Shown: one piece after another, positions 31,910-43,333 of the stretch
How the letters are laid out: each line of letters starts with the position of its first letter
How positions within the stretch are numbered: position 1 is the stretch's first letter
Origin: an uncultured Spirochaetota bacterium
GTDB taxonomy: Bacteria > Spirochaetota > Brevinematia > Brevinematales > JAOACQ01
Reading direction: 5' to 3'
Assembly (NCBI GenBank): GCA_963783575.1
Contig: CAWAOD010000005.1
Location: 288,001 to 352,000 of the forward strand
Length of the DNA: 64,000 nucleotides
Made by a program: the position numbers and the translations under genes
The notes under the pieces: model-generated
What the model was told of the DNA's origin: nothing
The model's database searches: none
What the model saw: only the letters and a program-made list of their open reading frames with translations

Positions 31910-33085
31910 ATGGCTTCAGAAATCACCGCCGGAATTTTCAATGATTCATATCCTCCATTAATGGACGGTGTAGCCAATACAGTGAAAAATTACGCATACT
32001 GGCTTAACAGCCTTAATATAAGAACTGTCGTGGTTACACCTGATTTTCCGGGATATCAAGATGAAGATGATTTCCAGGTTATACGCTTCACATCAATACC
32101 ATTGCCAAGGAGAAAGCCTTACCGGCTGGGAATTTCACTGGCAAATATTAAATTAATGGAACAATTAAATTCAATTCCCTTCGATATTGTACATGCTCAT
32201 TGCCCTTTTGTTACCGGACAGGTTGCCCTGGATATCGGGAAGAAGAGGGGCATTCCGGTTATTGCGACTTTTCATTCAAAATTTTATGAGGATTTTCTTC
32301 AGGAAGTCAAATTTAAAACTATTGCAAAAATGTTGCTGAAACCGATAATTGATTTTTATAATCATTGTGATTTTGTATGGGCCGTAAGCGGTTCAACCGC
32401 GGAAACTCTGAAAAGTTACGGCTTTAGGAAAAAAATAGAAATAATGGAAAACGGAGTGGAGACCTATAAATCCGGCAATCCTGATTCCGACCGGAATGCT
32501 GTCAATGAAAAATACGGATTTGATGATAATGATCGGATACTTCTTTTTACTGGACAGCATATATGGCAGAAAAATGTAAAATTAATCCTCCAGGCACTGG
32601 CAATACTAAAAAATAAGCATTTCCCATTCAAAATGATCTTTGTGGGCAGAGGTGATGCCGAACCGGAAATGAAAAAGATTGCCAGGCGTTTAAAATTTGA
32701 TGAAGATGTTATTTTTGCGGGGTTTATTGAAAACAGGATATTACTGGAACAGTTGTATATTCGTTCGGATTTATTCATTTTCCCTTCATTTTATGATAAT
32801 GCGCCGATTGTAGTCAGGGAAGCCGCTTACGCGGAATGCCCTTCAGTCCTTTTGAAAGGGAGTAATGCCGCGGAAATAATAGAAGATGGTATAAATGGCT
32901 TTATCACTGAAAATTCTGCTGAAAGCCTTGCACATGTTATAATGAAAGCTTTTTCCGATCCTATCAAGCTTCAAAAGGTGGGAAAAAATGCGAAACTTAC
33001 TATAAGTAAACCCTGGAAAGAAGTTGTGACCGTTGTCAAGCAGAAATATTTGGAGATACTTAAGGATTGGCAGAAAAAGCAATAA
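31910..33085 (+). CDS. GT4 glycosyltransferase (diacylglycerol glycosyltransferase-like)
   Basis: FNDSYPP.MDGV, DIVHAHCPF, ATFH, FPSFYDNAPIVVREA. Confidence 0.88.
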   Translation: MASEITAGIFNDSYPPLMDGVANTVKNYAYWLNSLNIRTVVVTPDFPGYQDEDDFQVIRFTSIPLPRRKPYRLGISLANIKLMEQLNSIPFDIVHAHCPFVTGQVALDIGKKRGIPVIATFHSKFYEDFLQEVKFKTIAKMLLKPIIDFYNHCDFVWAVSGSTAETLKSYGFRKKIEIMENGVETYKSGNPDSDRNAVNEKYGFDDNDRILLFTGQHIWQKNVKLILQALAILKNKHFPFKMIFVGRGDAEPEMKKIARRLKFDEDVIFAGFIENRILLEQLYIRSDLFIFPSFYDNAPIVVREAAYAECPSVLLKGSNAAEIIEDGINGFITENSAESLAHVIMKAFSDPIKLQKVGKNAKLTISKPWKEVVTVVKQKYLEILKDWQKKQ

Positions 33086-33102
33086 TCCACAGAAATCAGA
33101 CC

Positions 33103-33837
33103 TTAAATTTTGAATACCGAATTAAATGCAAGATATATGCCGAATCCAGCCATGAAGAACCCGCATAAAAATAAAACAGTTGAATATATTTTTATATTAA
33201 GCCATTTTTTCCCGAAGAAGGCTAAAAATGAAATCGGCGCATACCAGACGAAATCGGCAATCTCATGTCCCGAATAAAAGGCAATAATATTTGAAGGGCT
33301 TTCGAGAGAAACATGGTAATGCACCAGAAAGGCGGTTCCGATAGAAGCCCACCATATCCACCAGTAAGGATTGCTCATTGATACCAATATTCCTCCCAGA
33401 ACAGGGTTATTTATAAATGAATTTTTTATTTGATCTTTATTACTCGAGTTTGCGGCTATGTTATTTTTATTATTTTTTTGTGTCGTAATATCAGCTGTTT
33501 TATCAAATAAGTCAGTATTTATTTTTTTGGAAAAAACCTCATAAACCATGGTTATTCCAAGATATAACAGAAAACAACTTCCAAAAAAACTTATTCCCCG
33601 GATTATTAAAGTATTTTTCAATACTAATGATAAGCCGAAAAATATTAGCAGAACCAATGCCAATTCCAATACTGCATGGCCGCAAATTACAGCAATGCCA
33701 GTGAAATAACCGGTTTTATGGTTGCGAATAGATTTGGTAATCGTGTAGACCAGCAAAGGACCGGGAGCAAGTGCACCGGACAGAGCGGTTACAAATGATA
33801 ATGAGAAAATAAGCCGCCAATGATTGAATGTTTCCAT
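33103..33837 (-). CDS. LysE-family transporter
   Basis: LSGALAPGP, GHAVLE, SNPYWWIWW; multiple TM segments. Confidence 0.88.
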   Translation of the reverse strand: METFNHWRLIFSLSFVTALSGALAPGPLLVYTITKSIRNHKTGYFTGIAVICGHAVLELALVLLIFFGLSLVLKNTLIIRGISFFGSCFLLYLGITMVYEVFSKKINTDLFDKTADITTQKNNKNNIAANSSNKDQIKNSFINNPVLGGILVSMSNPYWWIWWASIGTAFLVHYHVSLESPSNIIAFYSGHEIADFVWYAPISFLAFFGKKWLNIKIYSTVLFLCGFFMAGFGIYLAFNSVFKI

Positions 33838-34099
33838 AGATCAGTATTATAAAATTAATAAAAAATTCATGCAAGTCATCGAATTGCTTTATAAACAGAT
33901 TGTAAAGTTACATTTAATATTTTTGGAATTATTGATTCTCTATAAATTATGTAACTAACACCAAACAATATAGTTACAAACTAATATTTGCATTAAGTTA
34001 TTATAGATATTATCATAAATTCGTATATTTATAACGAAAACATGATGATTATTAAATTTTTCTATGCTGGTTATTAATATTTCAATAAAAGGAGCATTT

Positions 34100-35302
34100 A
34101 TGAAAATATGTTTAGCTTTACTGCTTTTGTTTATTCTATTAAGCTGCTCGCAAAGCATCCGTGTTACAAAAGCAGAAACGATACCTGAGCCGAAAAGTAC
34201 AGAATTATTCTCAAATGAAGAACTGGATAGTTCGATTTTTAATAAAACAGAAGCAATTCTTTTTACACAGTCCATTCAGAAAATGGCAAATCATGATTAT
34301 ACCGGAGCAGAAGCCGATTTGATAGATTTATTAGGTATGAAAACAAAAGAAAAAGTTCGTAATTATGCCAATCAAACTTTATATAGATTATATATGATTC
34401 TATCCCGCTGGGAAGATTATTATAGGATTTCTAGAGATCAAATATCAGGAACCTTTTCAAAATTACCCTATGAAGAATATATATTTCCTGAAAATTCAGT
34501 CGTAATACCATTAATAATTGGACAGCAAAATAAACTTGCAATTGATATAGATATTAACAGCCGTAAAAAAAGGTTTTTAATTGATACGGGTGCTACATTG
34601 ACGGTTGTTTCATCATCAATTCTAAATGATTGTAATTTGAAGCGGCTGATAGAGGATAATTCATTAAAAAACGGTACAATAACGGAAAAAAAAGTTAATA
34701 TTTCACCAACCTGCATCGATATTATGAAAATAGGAAAACTTGAAATACATAATATACCGGCAGAAATAATTCAAGCTAATAATTTCATGGATAACGGTTT
34801 CATATATGATGGAATTATCGGCTGGGATTTAATTCAGCATTTAACCCTGGAATTGGATTGTAAAAATAAATTGCTAACCCTATCAAAACCCGAAGAAAAA
34901 GAAAATTCGAAAAATAATCTATATAACCTTGGCTGGTTCCCGGTAGTTCAAATGGTAGACCATAAAGGTACAGTATTTTATTTTGAATTGGATACAGGTG
35001 CTTATGCAACTTTATTAATGAGCCACTATTTTACTAAAATTCCCGATAAAAATATATCAAAAGAGGTATTGTATATAACCGGCCTGGGAGGATATGATAA
35101 TTATATGGCCAGGTATGTAATAGATGTAAATTTAATTATCGGGGAATTTAATGTTTATTTCACAAAATTAGTGGAACATCCTCAATTTAAACAATTTATT
35201 CCTCTTGATGGAATTTTAGGAATGGATATTATTCAAAACAAAGATCATAAAATAATCATTGACAATTTGAACGGCAGATTTGATATAATGGACGCCGAAT
35301 AG
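34100..35302 (+). CDS. Lipoprotein with tandem retropepsin-like aspartyl protease domains
   Basis: Lipobox LLSC; FLIDTGA and FELDTGA; DGIIGWD and DGILGMD. Confidence 0.85.
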   Translation: MKICLALLLLFILLSCSQSIRVTKAETIPEPKSTELFSNEELDSSIFNKTEAILFTQSIQKMANHDYTGAEADLIDLLGMKTKEKVRNYANQTLYRLYMILSRWEDYYRISRDQISGTFSKLPYEEYIFPENSVVIPLIIGQQNKLAIDIDINSRKKRFLIDTGATLTVVSSSILNDCNLKRLIEDNSLKNGTITEKKVNISPTCIDIMKIGKLEIHNIPAEIIQANNFMDNGFIYDGIIGWDLIQHLTLELDCKNKLLTLSKPEEKENSKNNLYNLGWFPVVQMVDHKGTVFYFELDTGAYATLLMSHYFTKIPDKNISKEVLYITGLGGYDNYMARYVIDVNLIIGEFNVYFTKLVEHPQFKQFIPLDGILGMDIIQNKDHKIIIDNLNGRFDIMDAE

Positions 35303-35379
35303 GAAATTAAAAATCTTTATTTGATTTTTTGCCGCAATTATTAAAAATGATTAAATTATTCTATTGCGGGGTTATTAAA

Positions 35380-36406
35380 TTGAAAGCAATGGTTTTGAAA
35401 GAAATTGCCGGACTTAACAAAAATAAAAATCCGCTTATTATGGAATATTTTCCGGATCCTGTTCCTGGTGAAAAAGAGATTCTGATACAAGTTTCAGTAT
35501 GCGGCATATGTCACACTGAGGCTCGATGAAATCGAGGGAAGGACGAAACCTTCGTTTTTCCCGATTATTCCAGGCCATCAGATCATCGGCAGGGTTATAA
35601 TGAGAGGAAATGGGGCTGATAAATTTAAAACAGGCGATAGGGTAGGGGTTGCTTGGATTTATTCATCCTGCGGAAAATGTAGTTATTGCCTGAACGGAAT
35701 GGAGAATCTTTGTCCTGAATTTAAAGCGACAGGCAGGGACTCGAATGGCGGATATGCCGAATATACAGTTGTAAATGAAGATTTTATTTATCCCATCCCG
35801 GAAAGTTTTACAGACGAAGAAGCAGCACCGTTATTATGTGCGGGAGCAATTGGATACCGCAGTATAATATTGACAGGAATTAAAGACGGTCAAAATCTCG
35901 GTTTAACAGGCTTCGGAGGTTCGGCACACCTGGTTTTAAAAACAGTAAAATACCTTTACCCCAATACTAAGATTTTTGTATATGCTAGAAGACCGGAGGA
36001 ACGCCAATTTGCGATGGGACTTGGCGCTTCCTGGGCGGGTGATATCCATGAAGATGCCCCTGAAAAACAAGAAGCTATAATCGATACTACTCCCATCTGG
36101 AAAACCGTGGTTGAATCATTGAAGAATCTTATGCCCGGCGGAAGGCTGGTAATCAATGCCATCCGAAAGGAAGACACCGATAAAGAAAGCCTCCTTGGGC
36201 TGGATTATGCCCGTCATTTATGGATGGAAAAAGAAATAAAAAGCGTTGCAAATGTAACCAGGAAAGATGTAAGAGATTTTCTCGAACTTGCGGCCAAAAT
36301 ACCAATAAAGCCGGAAATTCAGGTTTATCCGCTTGAAGATGCAAACCGGGCATTGCTGGAATTGAAAGGAAGCAGGATCAGGGGGTCAAAGGTTCTCAAG
36401 TTATAA
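35380..36406 (+). pseudogene. Zinc-dependent alcohol dehydrogenase split by a one-base insertion
   Basis: MKAMVL...CGICHTE then LDEIEGR...IPGHQIIG; CGKC.YC...ENLC; extra G at about 35520 (ACT GAG GCT CGA TGA versus ACT GAG CTC GAT GAA). Confidence 0.85.
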
Positions 36407-36488
36407 GCATAGAGCTGTGTGACATCTTGGTCAATTGTTATAGATATTTTAAACAATAAACAGGTCGAAATGCCGGCTGGTTTTGACA

Positions 36489-37475
36489 TTACAGTCCGAA
36501 GACACCGGCAACTACATCAAGAAATGAATTTTCGGGAAGTATTGCTTTCAATAGAGGAAGCATTGTCGCCTGTATGAATGAGCCTGAAATGTAATGAATT
36601 TTAGGTTTTTGAGTCTCTATAATTGTTAATAATTTTTTTGAGACGGTAAAAGGAGAAGGTGCAATGATATGATTGGTTATAAATATTTCCCACAAAATCT
36701 TTACCCTGCTGTAATACGGCGAATTTTTTGACGCCGGGACTTCATCGATCATTTTTTGAATATCGGTGGAAAGCATTCCTTTTTTACAATACCTGGCAAC
36801 CATATTAGCATCTATCGATGTGTTAATATCGCCGGGAAGCAATGAAGAAACAAGTATGTTAAACTGTTTCAATTCCGTATAAAGTGATTCGGTAATTCTT
36901 TCCATTCCTGATTTTGAGGCTGAATAAAAGGAAGTGAATGGAAGTCCTGCAATCGATGCAAGAGAAGTCGTATTTATAATAAACCCGCTCATCCGTTTTC
37001 TCATATAAGGAAGAACAGCTTTTATTGTGCGTATGTGGCCGAAATAATTAACTTCAAACATTTTCTTAATATCTTCAAAATTTGTTTCCTCGAAAGAACC
37101 GAGGCCAGCAATTCCTGCATTATTTACAAGTATGTCCACAGGTCCCGATGATTCTATCTTTTCAACAGCTTTGATAACAGAGGCATCATCGGTAATATCC
37201 ATCGAAACATATTTAATTTTATTTAAATAATCGTCTAAATTTTTTATTATCATTTCAGGGGCGATGCATTTACCGGTTAGAACTTCGTTTTTCTTTGAGC
37301 CGGTTAGCCGGTATTTTGTATGATCGCGGATAAATATTTCCTTAAGTATTTTTAAATCAATATTCTCAGCATTTCTTGATGTTCCCGTAATATTATACCC
37401 TTTTGAGGCTAAGTAAATTGCATGCGATAAACCGAGTCCCGATGAAGCGCCCGTTATCAATATTTTCTTCGACAT
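36489..37475 (-). CDS. Short-chain dehydrogenase/reductase
   Basis: ITGASSGLG, LVNNAG, YSASK; contains an insertion of roughly 40 aa after the Rossmann motif. Confidence 0.88.
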   Translation of the reverse strand: MSKKILITGASSGLGLSHAIYLASKGYNITGTSRNAENIDLKILKEIFIRDHTKYRLTGSKKNEVLTGKCIAPEMIIKNLDDYLNKIKYVSMDITDDASVIKAVEKIESSGPVDILVNNAGIAGLGSFEETNFEDIKKMFEVNYFGHIRTIKAVLPYMRKRMSGFIINTTSLASIAGLPFTSFYSASKSGMERITESLYTELKQFNILVSSLLPGDINTSIDANMVARYCKKGMLSTDIQKMIDEVPASKNSPYYSRVKILWEIFITNHIIAPSPFTVSKKLLTIIETQKPKIHYISGSFIQATMLPLLKAILPENSFLDVVAGVFGL

Positions 37476-37598
37476 AAATTTACCCTTCTGACAAAAATTA
37501 TAATGGAAATTATAGATTGTCATTAATAAAATGTCAAAAGGAAATATTTTTATTTGTGTTATTACCTTTAATTTTCGGGTAGAATTTTTAGCTTCGCT

Positions 37599-38418
37599 TT
37601 ATTTAATCTTCTCCGGTAAGCTCCATTTTATTTCAGGTTTTTTATAGTTTATTTCTTTTAAAAACTTATATATACCGAAACCAAATACAGAAACTGCAAA
37701 AATTGAAAATCCTTTTTCCAATTTATAATATTTTTCAATAACCTTATGAGCATATTGTACATAACCAACAATGAAACTATTAATATTAATGGTTTCACCG
37801 AACAGCATCATATATTGCTGAGCGGCTATGCAATCATCTTTTGAGTTGGGGCTTCCCGTCGGTGCCGCTATGCAAACAATATATTTTGAATTTCTGAATA
37901 ACTTGTCATTTCCTTTTTTAATTCATCTATTAAATTTTTGAAACTTAAAATTAGATCTGATAATTCTTGATAAGCTGGTTTATCGTAAAGGGCAATCAAT
38001 TTTAAAACAAGAGAGTTTAGCATTACTAACAGGCTTTTATATATTTAGATTTAATTATTTCGATATCATTATCATTTGTAATTACTATATATTTTCTGTT
38101 TCTTAAATTGTGTGAAGCTGTGGCTTTTTCTCCATATTGTATTAATTCTTCTATTTGATTATTTTGTAATCTATCATTTTTAAAACTTCTTACTGATCGT
38201 TCTTATGAAAAAGCAATTTATCATATTCAAGATTCACAGTTCATTTGGTGCAATTGCATCTTCCGGACAAATAACGGCATAGTGCCCGCAAGAAATACAA
38301 AGATTATTATTGATTATTTCCACTGAATCTTTTTTGAGAATCAATACATCCTCAGGGCATCCTAAACACATATTCCGCATTTTATGCATCTGGCATCATC
38401 AATTATTATATTATTCAT
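37599..38418 (-). pseudogene. 4Fe-4S ferredoxin-nitroreductase fusion pseudogene
   Basis: Fragments MNNIIIDDARCIKCGICV / CPEDVL...CISCGH.AVICPEDAI / RSVRSF / ATASHN / DDCIAAQQYMMLFGE, interrupted by several stops and frameshifts. Confidence 0.8.
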
Positions 38419-38472
38419 TATTAATATCCTCACAGCAGCTATTATTTTTAAACATGCTATCCTTTTTTATAT

Positions 38473-39026
38473 TCATTGATTTTCAGGTTCAAGTTCTTTC
38501 AAAGATTTGATTAATTCATAAATCCAGTCAATTTCATTCTTATAATATTGAATTCCGTTCTCCAGTATAAGCCTCTACAATTTTTTTTCTTTTTCACCTG
38601 ATGCGATACTATAGGCCTGCTTAATATGCTCAGGATTGGTATAAGTTTCAAGTATTTTTAAAATAAGGGTTTCATAGTCTCTTAAAAATTTAACTATTTT
38701 TCCGGTATCCATCCCTGCCATAAATGATAATTGAAGCAATTGAGAGTGCCTGATTTCATGTAATTCGGCCGGTTTCTGTAGCCATTGATAAAATGATTCT
38801 TTACCCAGATCCGTTATATAATAAACTTTTTTGTTAGGTTTCCCAGCTTGGTATTCGATTTCGCAGTCAATAAGCTTCTTTTTGTGGAGTTTTTTTAACA
38901 TACGGTATATTTGAGTATGTTCTGTCGACCAATAATGTTTGAGGCCATGATTAAATATTTTCATAATATCATATCCGGAAAGGGATATCGATCTATCAGA
39001 CCTAAAATTGCATGCTGTACAGACAT
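38473..39026 (-). pseudogene. PadR-family regulator pseudogene
   Basis: GGAG RBS, MSVQHAILGLID.YP, frameshift, SGYDIMKIF...YW...HTQIYRMLKKL...KPNKKVY.IT; in-frame TAG at 38575-38577, then RLILENGIQYYKNEIDWI. Confidence 0.85.
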
Positions 39027-39209
39027 TAATTTCTCCATATATGTGTATATACATCTGAAAATATTAAATCTGTCAAGCTTAATTTTAAAATTTTCAATAT
39101 GAATATTTGACAGTGAACCGATTATGTACAGACTGGAATTTTATATAATAATTGATTAATATATATATAGTAGGTATTACTAAAACTATTACTAAAGAAA
39201 GGAGGTTAT

Positions 39210-39584
39210 ATGGATAAGGTGGTTCATTTTGAGATTCCTTTTGATAACAAAAAGAGATCTCTGAAATTTTATTCCGATATTTTCGGGTGGAAGTTACAGG
39301 ATATTCCTGAAATGGAATATGTGATGGCTTATGCCGCTAATACCGACAAGAACAATATGGTGACAGATAAGGGAGCAATCAACGGCGGCATGTTCCTGAG
39401 AAATGACCAGGCCAAAGCTCCGATTGTAGTCATCGGGGTCGATTCGATCGATGAGACTGTCAGGAAAGTAGTCGCTGCAGGCGGAAAAGTGATTACTCCA
39501 AAGCAGTCAATACCTAACGGCTCTTACGCGAGGGTGGCAGACAGCGAAGGAAATGTCATCGGGCTTGCTGACAGTAATAAATAA
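39210..39584 (+). CDS. VOC/glyoxalase family protein
   Basis: VVHFEIP, FYSDIFGW, INGG, DSEGNVIGL; AGGAGG RBS. Confidence 0.92.
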   Translation: MDKVVHFEIPFDNKKRSLKFYSDIFGWKLQDIPEMEYVMAYAANTDKNNMVTDKGAINGGMFLRNDQAKAPIVVIGVDSIDETVRKVVAAGGKVITPKQSIPNGSYARVADSEGNVIGLADSNK

Positions 39585-40407
39585 TACCGCAAAGTTGAAA
39601 AAATTGTTGGGAAGAACGGTCTTCCGCCGGATTGAATTATATTTGCAATTATATTAAAACAATATATCGGGATAAAAACTTTATTCATTTGAAGGAAAAC
39701 CTGTCCGGTCTTGCATCCCTGTTCAGAAAGGTAAAACAATTGGCGTTAATATGAGCGGTTCTTCCTAAGGAAGCTGCGCTTCTTTCCATAAATGAAAGCC
39801 ACATAGCAAAACAGGTCTTCAGGTATATTCAATAAGCTTTTCTGAGAAGATAATAAAGAAATGAATACCGGTAATATTCATGGGTTGGCGCCATTAGACC
39901 AAATTACGGGGATGATTTCAATCCCAATAATAATCCGCTTTTTGACAGCAAGCTCAGAAGCATGGTATCTATGATTTCAATGACAAATGAGCCGGATAGC
40001 CCAAAAAAGGACTTTTAAGATAATTTCCAGCCACTGGCAGTAAAAGTTATGCAAAGGAAACCACCGTAAAGTATGGAATCGGCTTTGAACAATTAAGTTT
40101 ACTGGAAAGCGAGGAGAGATTTCCACAACGCGGGCGTTCCCCAAGATTCACTATTCTCAAGGATTTCATATGGGAGGACAATATCTCTTGTTTTTTTCCA
40201 GTGTTTGATGCATTCCTTCGGCAATCTTCTAATCCATCAGCGGAGCTGCTCCAGATGATCCTAAACTTTGATAAATGTCTCCTGTGTTAAAACACCCGAA
40301 GCATATATATCTTTCGTTAAAGAAATAAACGTATCTGATGACCATATCTTGAAACATGTAATAAGGTGACAAAAATTAAAAATATTTTTTTGAGCCTCTT
40401 ATAAAAC

Positions 40408-40436
40408 AAAAAGGCGGCTGCCGAATGAGCCGCCTT
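40408..40436 (-). terminator. Terminator after serA
   Basis: AAGGCGGCT...AGCCGCCTT hairpin with T-tract on the minus strand. Confidence 0.75.
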
Positions 40437-40472
40437 AATTATAAATTTATTATGGATCAAGCATCACGCTTG

Positions 40473-41639
40473 TTAATCAATAAGTCTGACCATAATTATG
40501 CCTTCCACTGCCTTGAGCTTATTAATAGTAGTTTCCGCCGGCTTATTGTCTACATCGATAATATTATATGCCAGTTCATCCCTGTGCTTATTTAACAGAT
40601 CGGCAATGTTGATCTTTTCTTCGGCAAGAATTGTTGTTACCTGGCCGACCATATTTGGAATATTCCTATTCGCAATGATTATCCTTGGATTTTTTGTCTT
40701 ATCCATACGGCATTCCGGAAAATTAACTGAATTTTTTATGTTTCCGGTTTCCAGAAAATCCTTAATCTGGTTAACAGCCATAATAGCGCAGTTGTCCTCC
40801 GCTTCGGGTGTTGATGCCCCAAGGTGCGGAATGTTGATGACACCTTCGGTTTTAAGCAATTCTTCGTCCGGAAAATCTGTAACATAAGCTTCAACTATTT
40901 TATCTTCTATGGCTTTCTTTAGATCGTTGTTATTCACAAGTCCGCCGCGTGAAAAATTGAGAAGGCGGACGCCTTTCTTCATAATCGCAAACTTTTCAGC
41001 ATTCAACATTCCTTTAGTTTTATCGTCAAGTGGAACGTGAATGGTAATATAATCCGAATTAGCAAAGATGCTGTCCAGACTGGTAGCTTTTTTAATCTGG
41101 TTTGAAAGTCCCCAGGCAGCGTCGATTGATATGTTAGTATCGTATCCCGATACTTTCATACCAAGGGCATGAGCGTCATTTGCTACTAAAACGCCAATTG
41201 CTCCAAGCCCGATTACGCCTAGCCTCTTGCCCCTAATTTCAGGGCCTTCGAATTTGGATTTACCATCCTCAATTAATTTCGGTACCGCATCACCCTTGCC
41301 GATCAATGTAGTCGCCCAGGACATTGCTTGGAAAATCTTGCGTGATGAAAGAAAAAGACCTGTTAATACCAGTTCTTTAACGGCATTTGCGTTGGCACCC
41401 GGGGTATTGAAAACAACGATGCCTTTATCGCTGCATTTGGGAATATTGATGTTGTTTACCCCGGCTCCGGCACGGGCAATAGCTTTAAGGCTCTGCGGGA
41501 ACTCCATATCATTCATTTTAAAACTGCGTACAAGGATCCCGTCGGGATTAACAAATTCAGTAGCGACCTCATAATTGTCCCTCGGAAAAAGATCAAGGCC
41601 AAGCGGTGAAATTTTATTGAGCGTTTGTATTTTAAACAT
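40473..41639 (-). CDS. serA: D-3-phosphoglycerate dehydrogenase with ACT domain
   Basis: IARAGAGVNNI, NTPGANANAVKE, GLGAIG, PHLGASTPEAE; follows serC; GGAGG RBS before ATG at 41639. Confidence 0.93.
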   Translation of the reverse strand: MFKIQTLNKISPLGLDLFPRDNYEVATEFVNPDGILVRSFKMNDMEFPQSLKAIARAGAGVNNINIPKCSDKGIVVFNTPGANANAVKELVLTGLFLSSRKIFQAMSWATTLIGKGDAVPKLIEDGKSKFEGPEIRGKRLGVIGLGAIGVLVANDAHALGMKVSGYDTNISIDAAWGLSNQIKKATSLDSIFANSDYITIHVPLDDKTKGMLNAEKFAIMKKGVRLLNFSRGGLVNNNDLKKAIEDKIVEAYVTDFPDEELLKTEGVINIPHLGASTPEAEDNCAIMAVNQIKDFLETGNIKNSVNFPECRMDKTKNPRIIIANRNIPNMVGQVTTILAEEKINIADLLNKHRDELAYNIIDVDNKPAETTINKLKAVEGIIMVRLID

Positions 41640-41649
41640 AGAGCCCCTC

Positions 41650-42726
41650 CTATTTATTGTTTTTTTCAAATTCTTTCATAAACTCGACAAGCTTTTTAAC
41701 CCCTTCAACCGGCATTGCGTTATAAATACTTGCCCTCATTCCGCCAACAGTTCGGTGGCCTGCCAGGTTTACAAATCCTATCGGTTCGGCTTCCTTCAGA
41801 AATTTAGCGTTCAATTCATCGGTTGGAAGTACAAAAGGTATGTTCATAAGCGATCTGTCTTCTTTTCTTACCGTGCCTTTAAACATAGAAGATTGATCAA
41901 GGTAATTATAAAGGATTCCGGCTTTTTCAATGTTGATCTTTTCAATGGCTTTTACGCCTCCGAGTTCTTTTACCCATTCCAGGACAAACTTCATCATATA
42001 AATACTGTAGCAAGGCGGTGTATTATACAGTGACTTGTTTTTTGCATGTATCGAATACTGGAGCATTGTCGGTGTAGTGCTTCTATGCTTTCCGATAAGG
42101 TCATTCCTGATTATAACAACCGTCAAACCGGCGGGTCCCAGGTTTTTCTGAGCACCGGCATAGATAAGCGCAAATTTCTTAATATCCATTTCCTGTGAAA
42201 GGATATTCGAGGACATGTCTGCAACCAGCGGGATATTTCCGGTGTCAGGTATTTTTGTATAACGTGTTCCGTATATCGTGTTATTTGTTGTGATATGTAT
42301 ATATTTCGAATTCTGATTTACTTTTGGGAATTCAGGAATATAAGTAAAATTCTTATCCTTGGAAGAAGCCGTTACCTTTACATTACAGAATCTTTGAGCT
42401 TCCTCAATCGCTTTTGCAGCCCAATGGCCAGTTTCGATAAAATCGGCGGAATCATCCTGGTTAGCTAGATTCAAAGGTACCATTGCAAACTGCAGCGAAG
42501 CGCCTCCCTGCAGGAATAAAACAGTATAGTTCTCAGGAATTCCCATCAGTTCCCTTAGATAAACCTCCGCTTTATTGTGTATATCTTCATAAACTTTGGA
42601 GCGGTGGCTCATTTCCATAACAGACATACCGGCATTACCGTAATTGACCAGCTCGGAAGCGGCTTTTTTCAACACAGCTTCAGGCAGCATGGATGGCCCG
42701 GCAGAAAAATTGTAAACTCTTTCCAT
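41650..42726 (-). CDS. serC: Phosphoserine aminotransferase
   Basis: YNFSAGP, MEMSHRS, AGAQKNLGPAG, GHRTVGGMRASIYNA. Confidence 0.97.
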   Translation of the reverse strand: MERVYNFSAGPSMLPEAVLKKAASELVNYGNAGMSVMEMSHRSKVYEDIHNKAEVYLRELMGIPENYTVLFLQGGASLQFAMVPLNLANQDDSADFIETGHWAAKAIEEAQRFCNVKVTASSKDKNFTYIPEFPKVNQNSKYIHITTNNTIYGTRYTKIPDTGNIPLVADMSSNILSQEMDIKKFALIYAGAQKNLGPAGLTVVIIRNDLIGKHRSTTPTMLQYSIHAKNKSLYNTPPCYSIYMMKFVLEWVKELGGVKAIEKINIEKAGILYNYLDQSSMFKGTVRKEDRSLMNIPFVLPTDELNAKFLKEAEPIGFVNLAGHRTVGGMRASIYNAMPVEGVKKLVEFMKEFEKNNK

Positions 42727-42772
42727 ACATTTTCTCCTTAATATTATTCTTTTTTTTAAGAGTCATAAAAAC

Positions 42773-42881
42773 TAATAGAACTCTAACTTCATCCACAACG
42801 TAAACATTTCAGAAACATCCGGTTTAATGTTTTTGATTACTATGGAGCGAAATTAACAATTCCCTTTATTCCTCCAGAGAT
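42773..42881 (-). pseudogene. Degenerate remnant of a rex 3' end
   Basis: With two frameshifts it translates as ISGGIKGIVNFAP-IVIKNIKPDVS-RNVYVVDEVRVL, matching Rex IAGGVKGIVNFAPAIIKNDKPGVYIRNVYVKNEFRIL in this window. Confidence 0.75.
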
Positions 42882-42895
42882 CCATTATTTAATTG

Positions 42896-43243
42896 TTATT
42901 TATTCTTCTCAAGCTCATCTATAAAATTTAATAAATTATCGCGGACAATAACAAAAGAAGGGCCGCCTCCAAACTCTATTCCTACAGAAGCGGCTTCTAA
43001 TATTTCAGCCCGTGTTGCACCTGAAGCAATTGCATTATTCGTATGAGTAACAAGGCAAGGTAAACAACGTGTTGCCACAGATGCTGTTACGGCCATCAAT
43101 TCTTTTATTTTACGATCCAGGATGCCATGCTTATAATAGATTTTCATCATTTCATTAAAACCATTAAAAAGATCCGGCGCTTCTTCTTCCATTCTTTTTC
43201 TGTTTTTTTCCCTATTTTTTAAAATCTCATCCGCACTTTCCAT
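42896..43243 (-). CDS. Carboxymuconolactone decarboxylase/AhpD-family protein
   Basis: GILDRKIKELMAV, RCLPC..H (CxxC), GATRAEILEA, GGGP. Confidence 0.88.
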   Translation of the reverse strand: MESADEILKNREKNRKRMEEEAPDLFNGFNEMMKIYYKHGILDRKIKELMAVTASVATRCLPCLVTHTNNAIASGATRAEILEAASVGIEFGGGPSFVIVRDNLLNFIDELEKNK

Positions 43244-43333
43244 ATTGTTCTCCTTATCATATTATTAAGACTCTATGAAAAAGTGATTAATACTAGAAAG
43301 CTTAGTTTAATAAATACTTATATATACTTTTTA

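Noticed and set aside
38473..38577. Amber (TAG) recoding in padR
   Set aside because: The gene also carries a frameshift, its neighbour is decayed, and TAG is used as a normal stop in other genes in the window.
39690..39740. 2Fe-2S protein remnant (GKPVRSC)
   Set aside because: Short chance-level match with no upstream cysteine motif.
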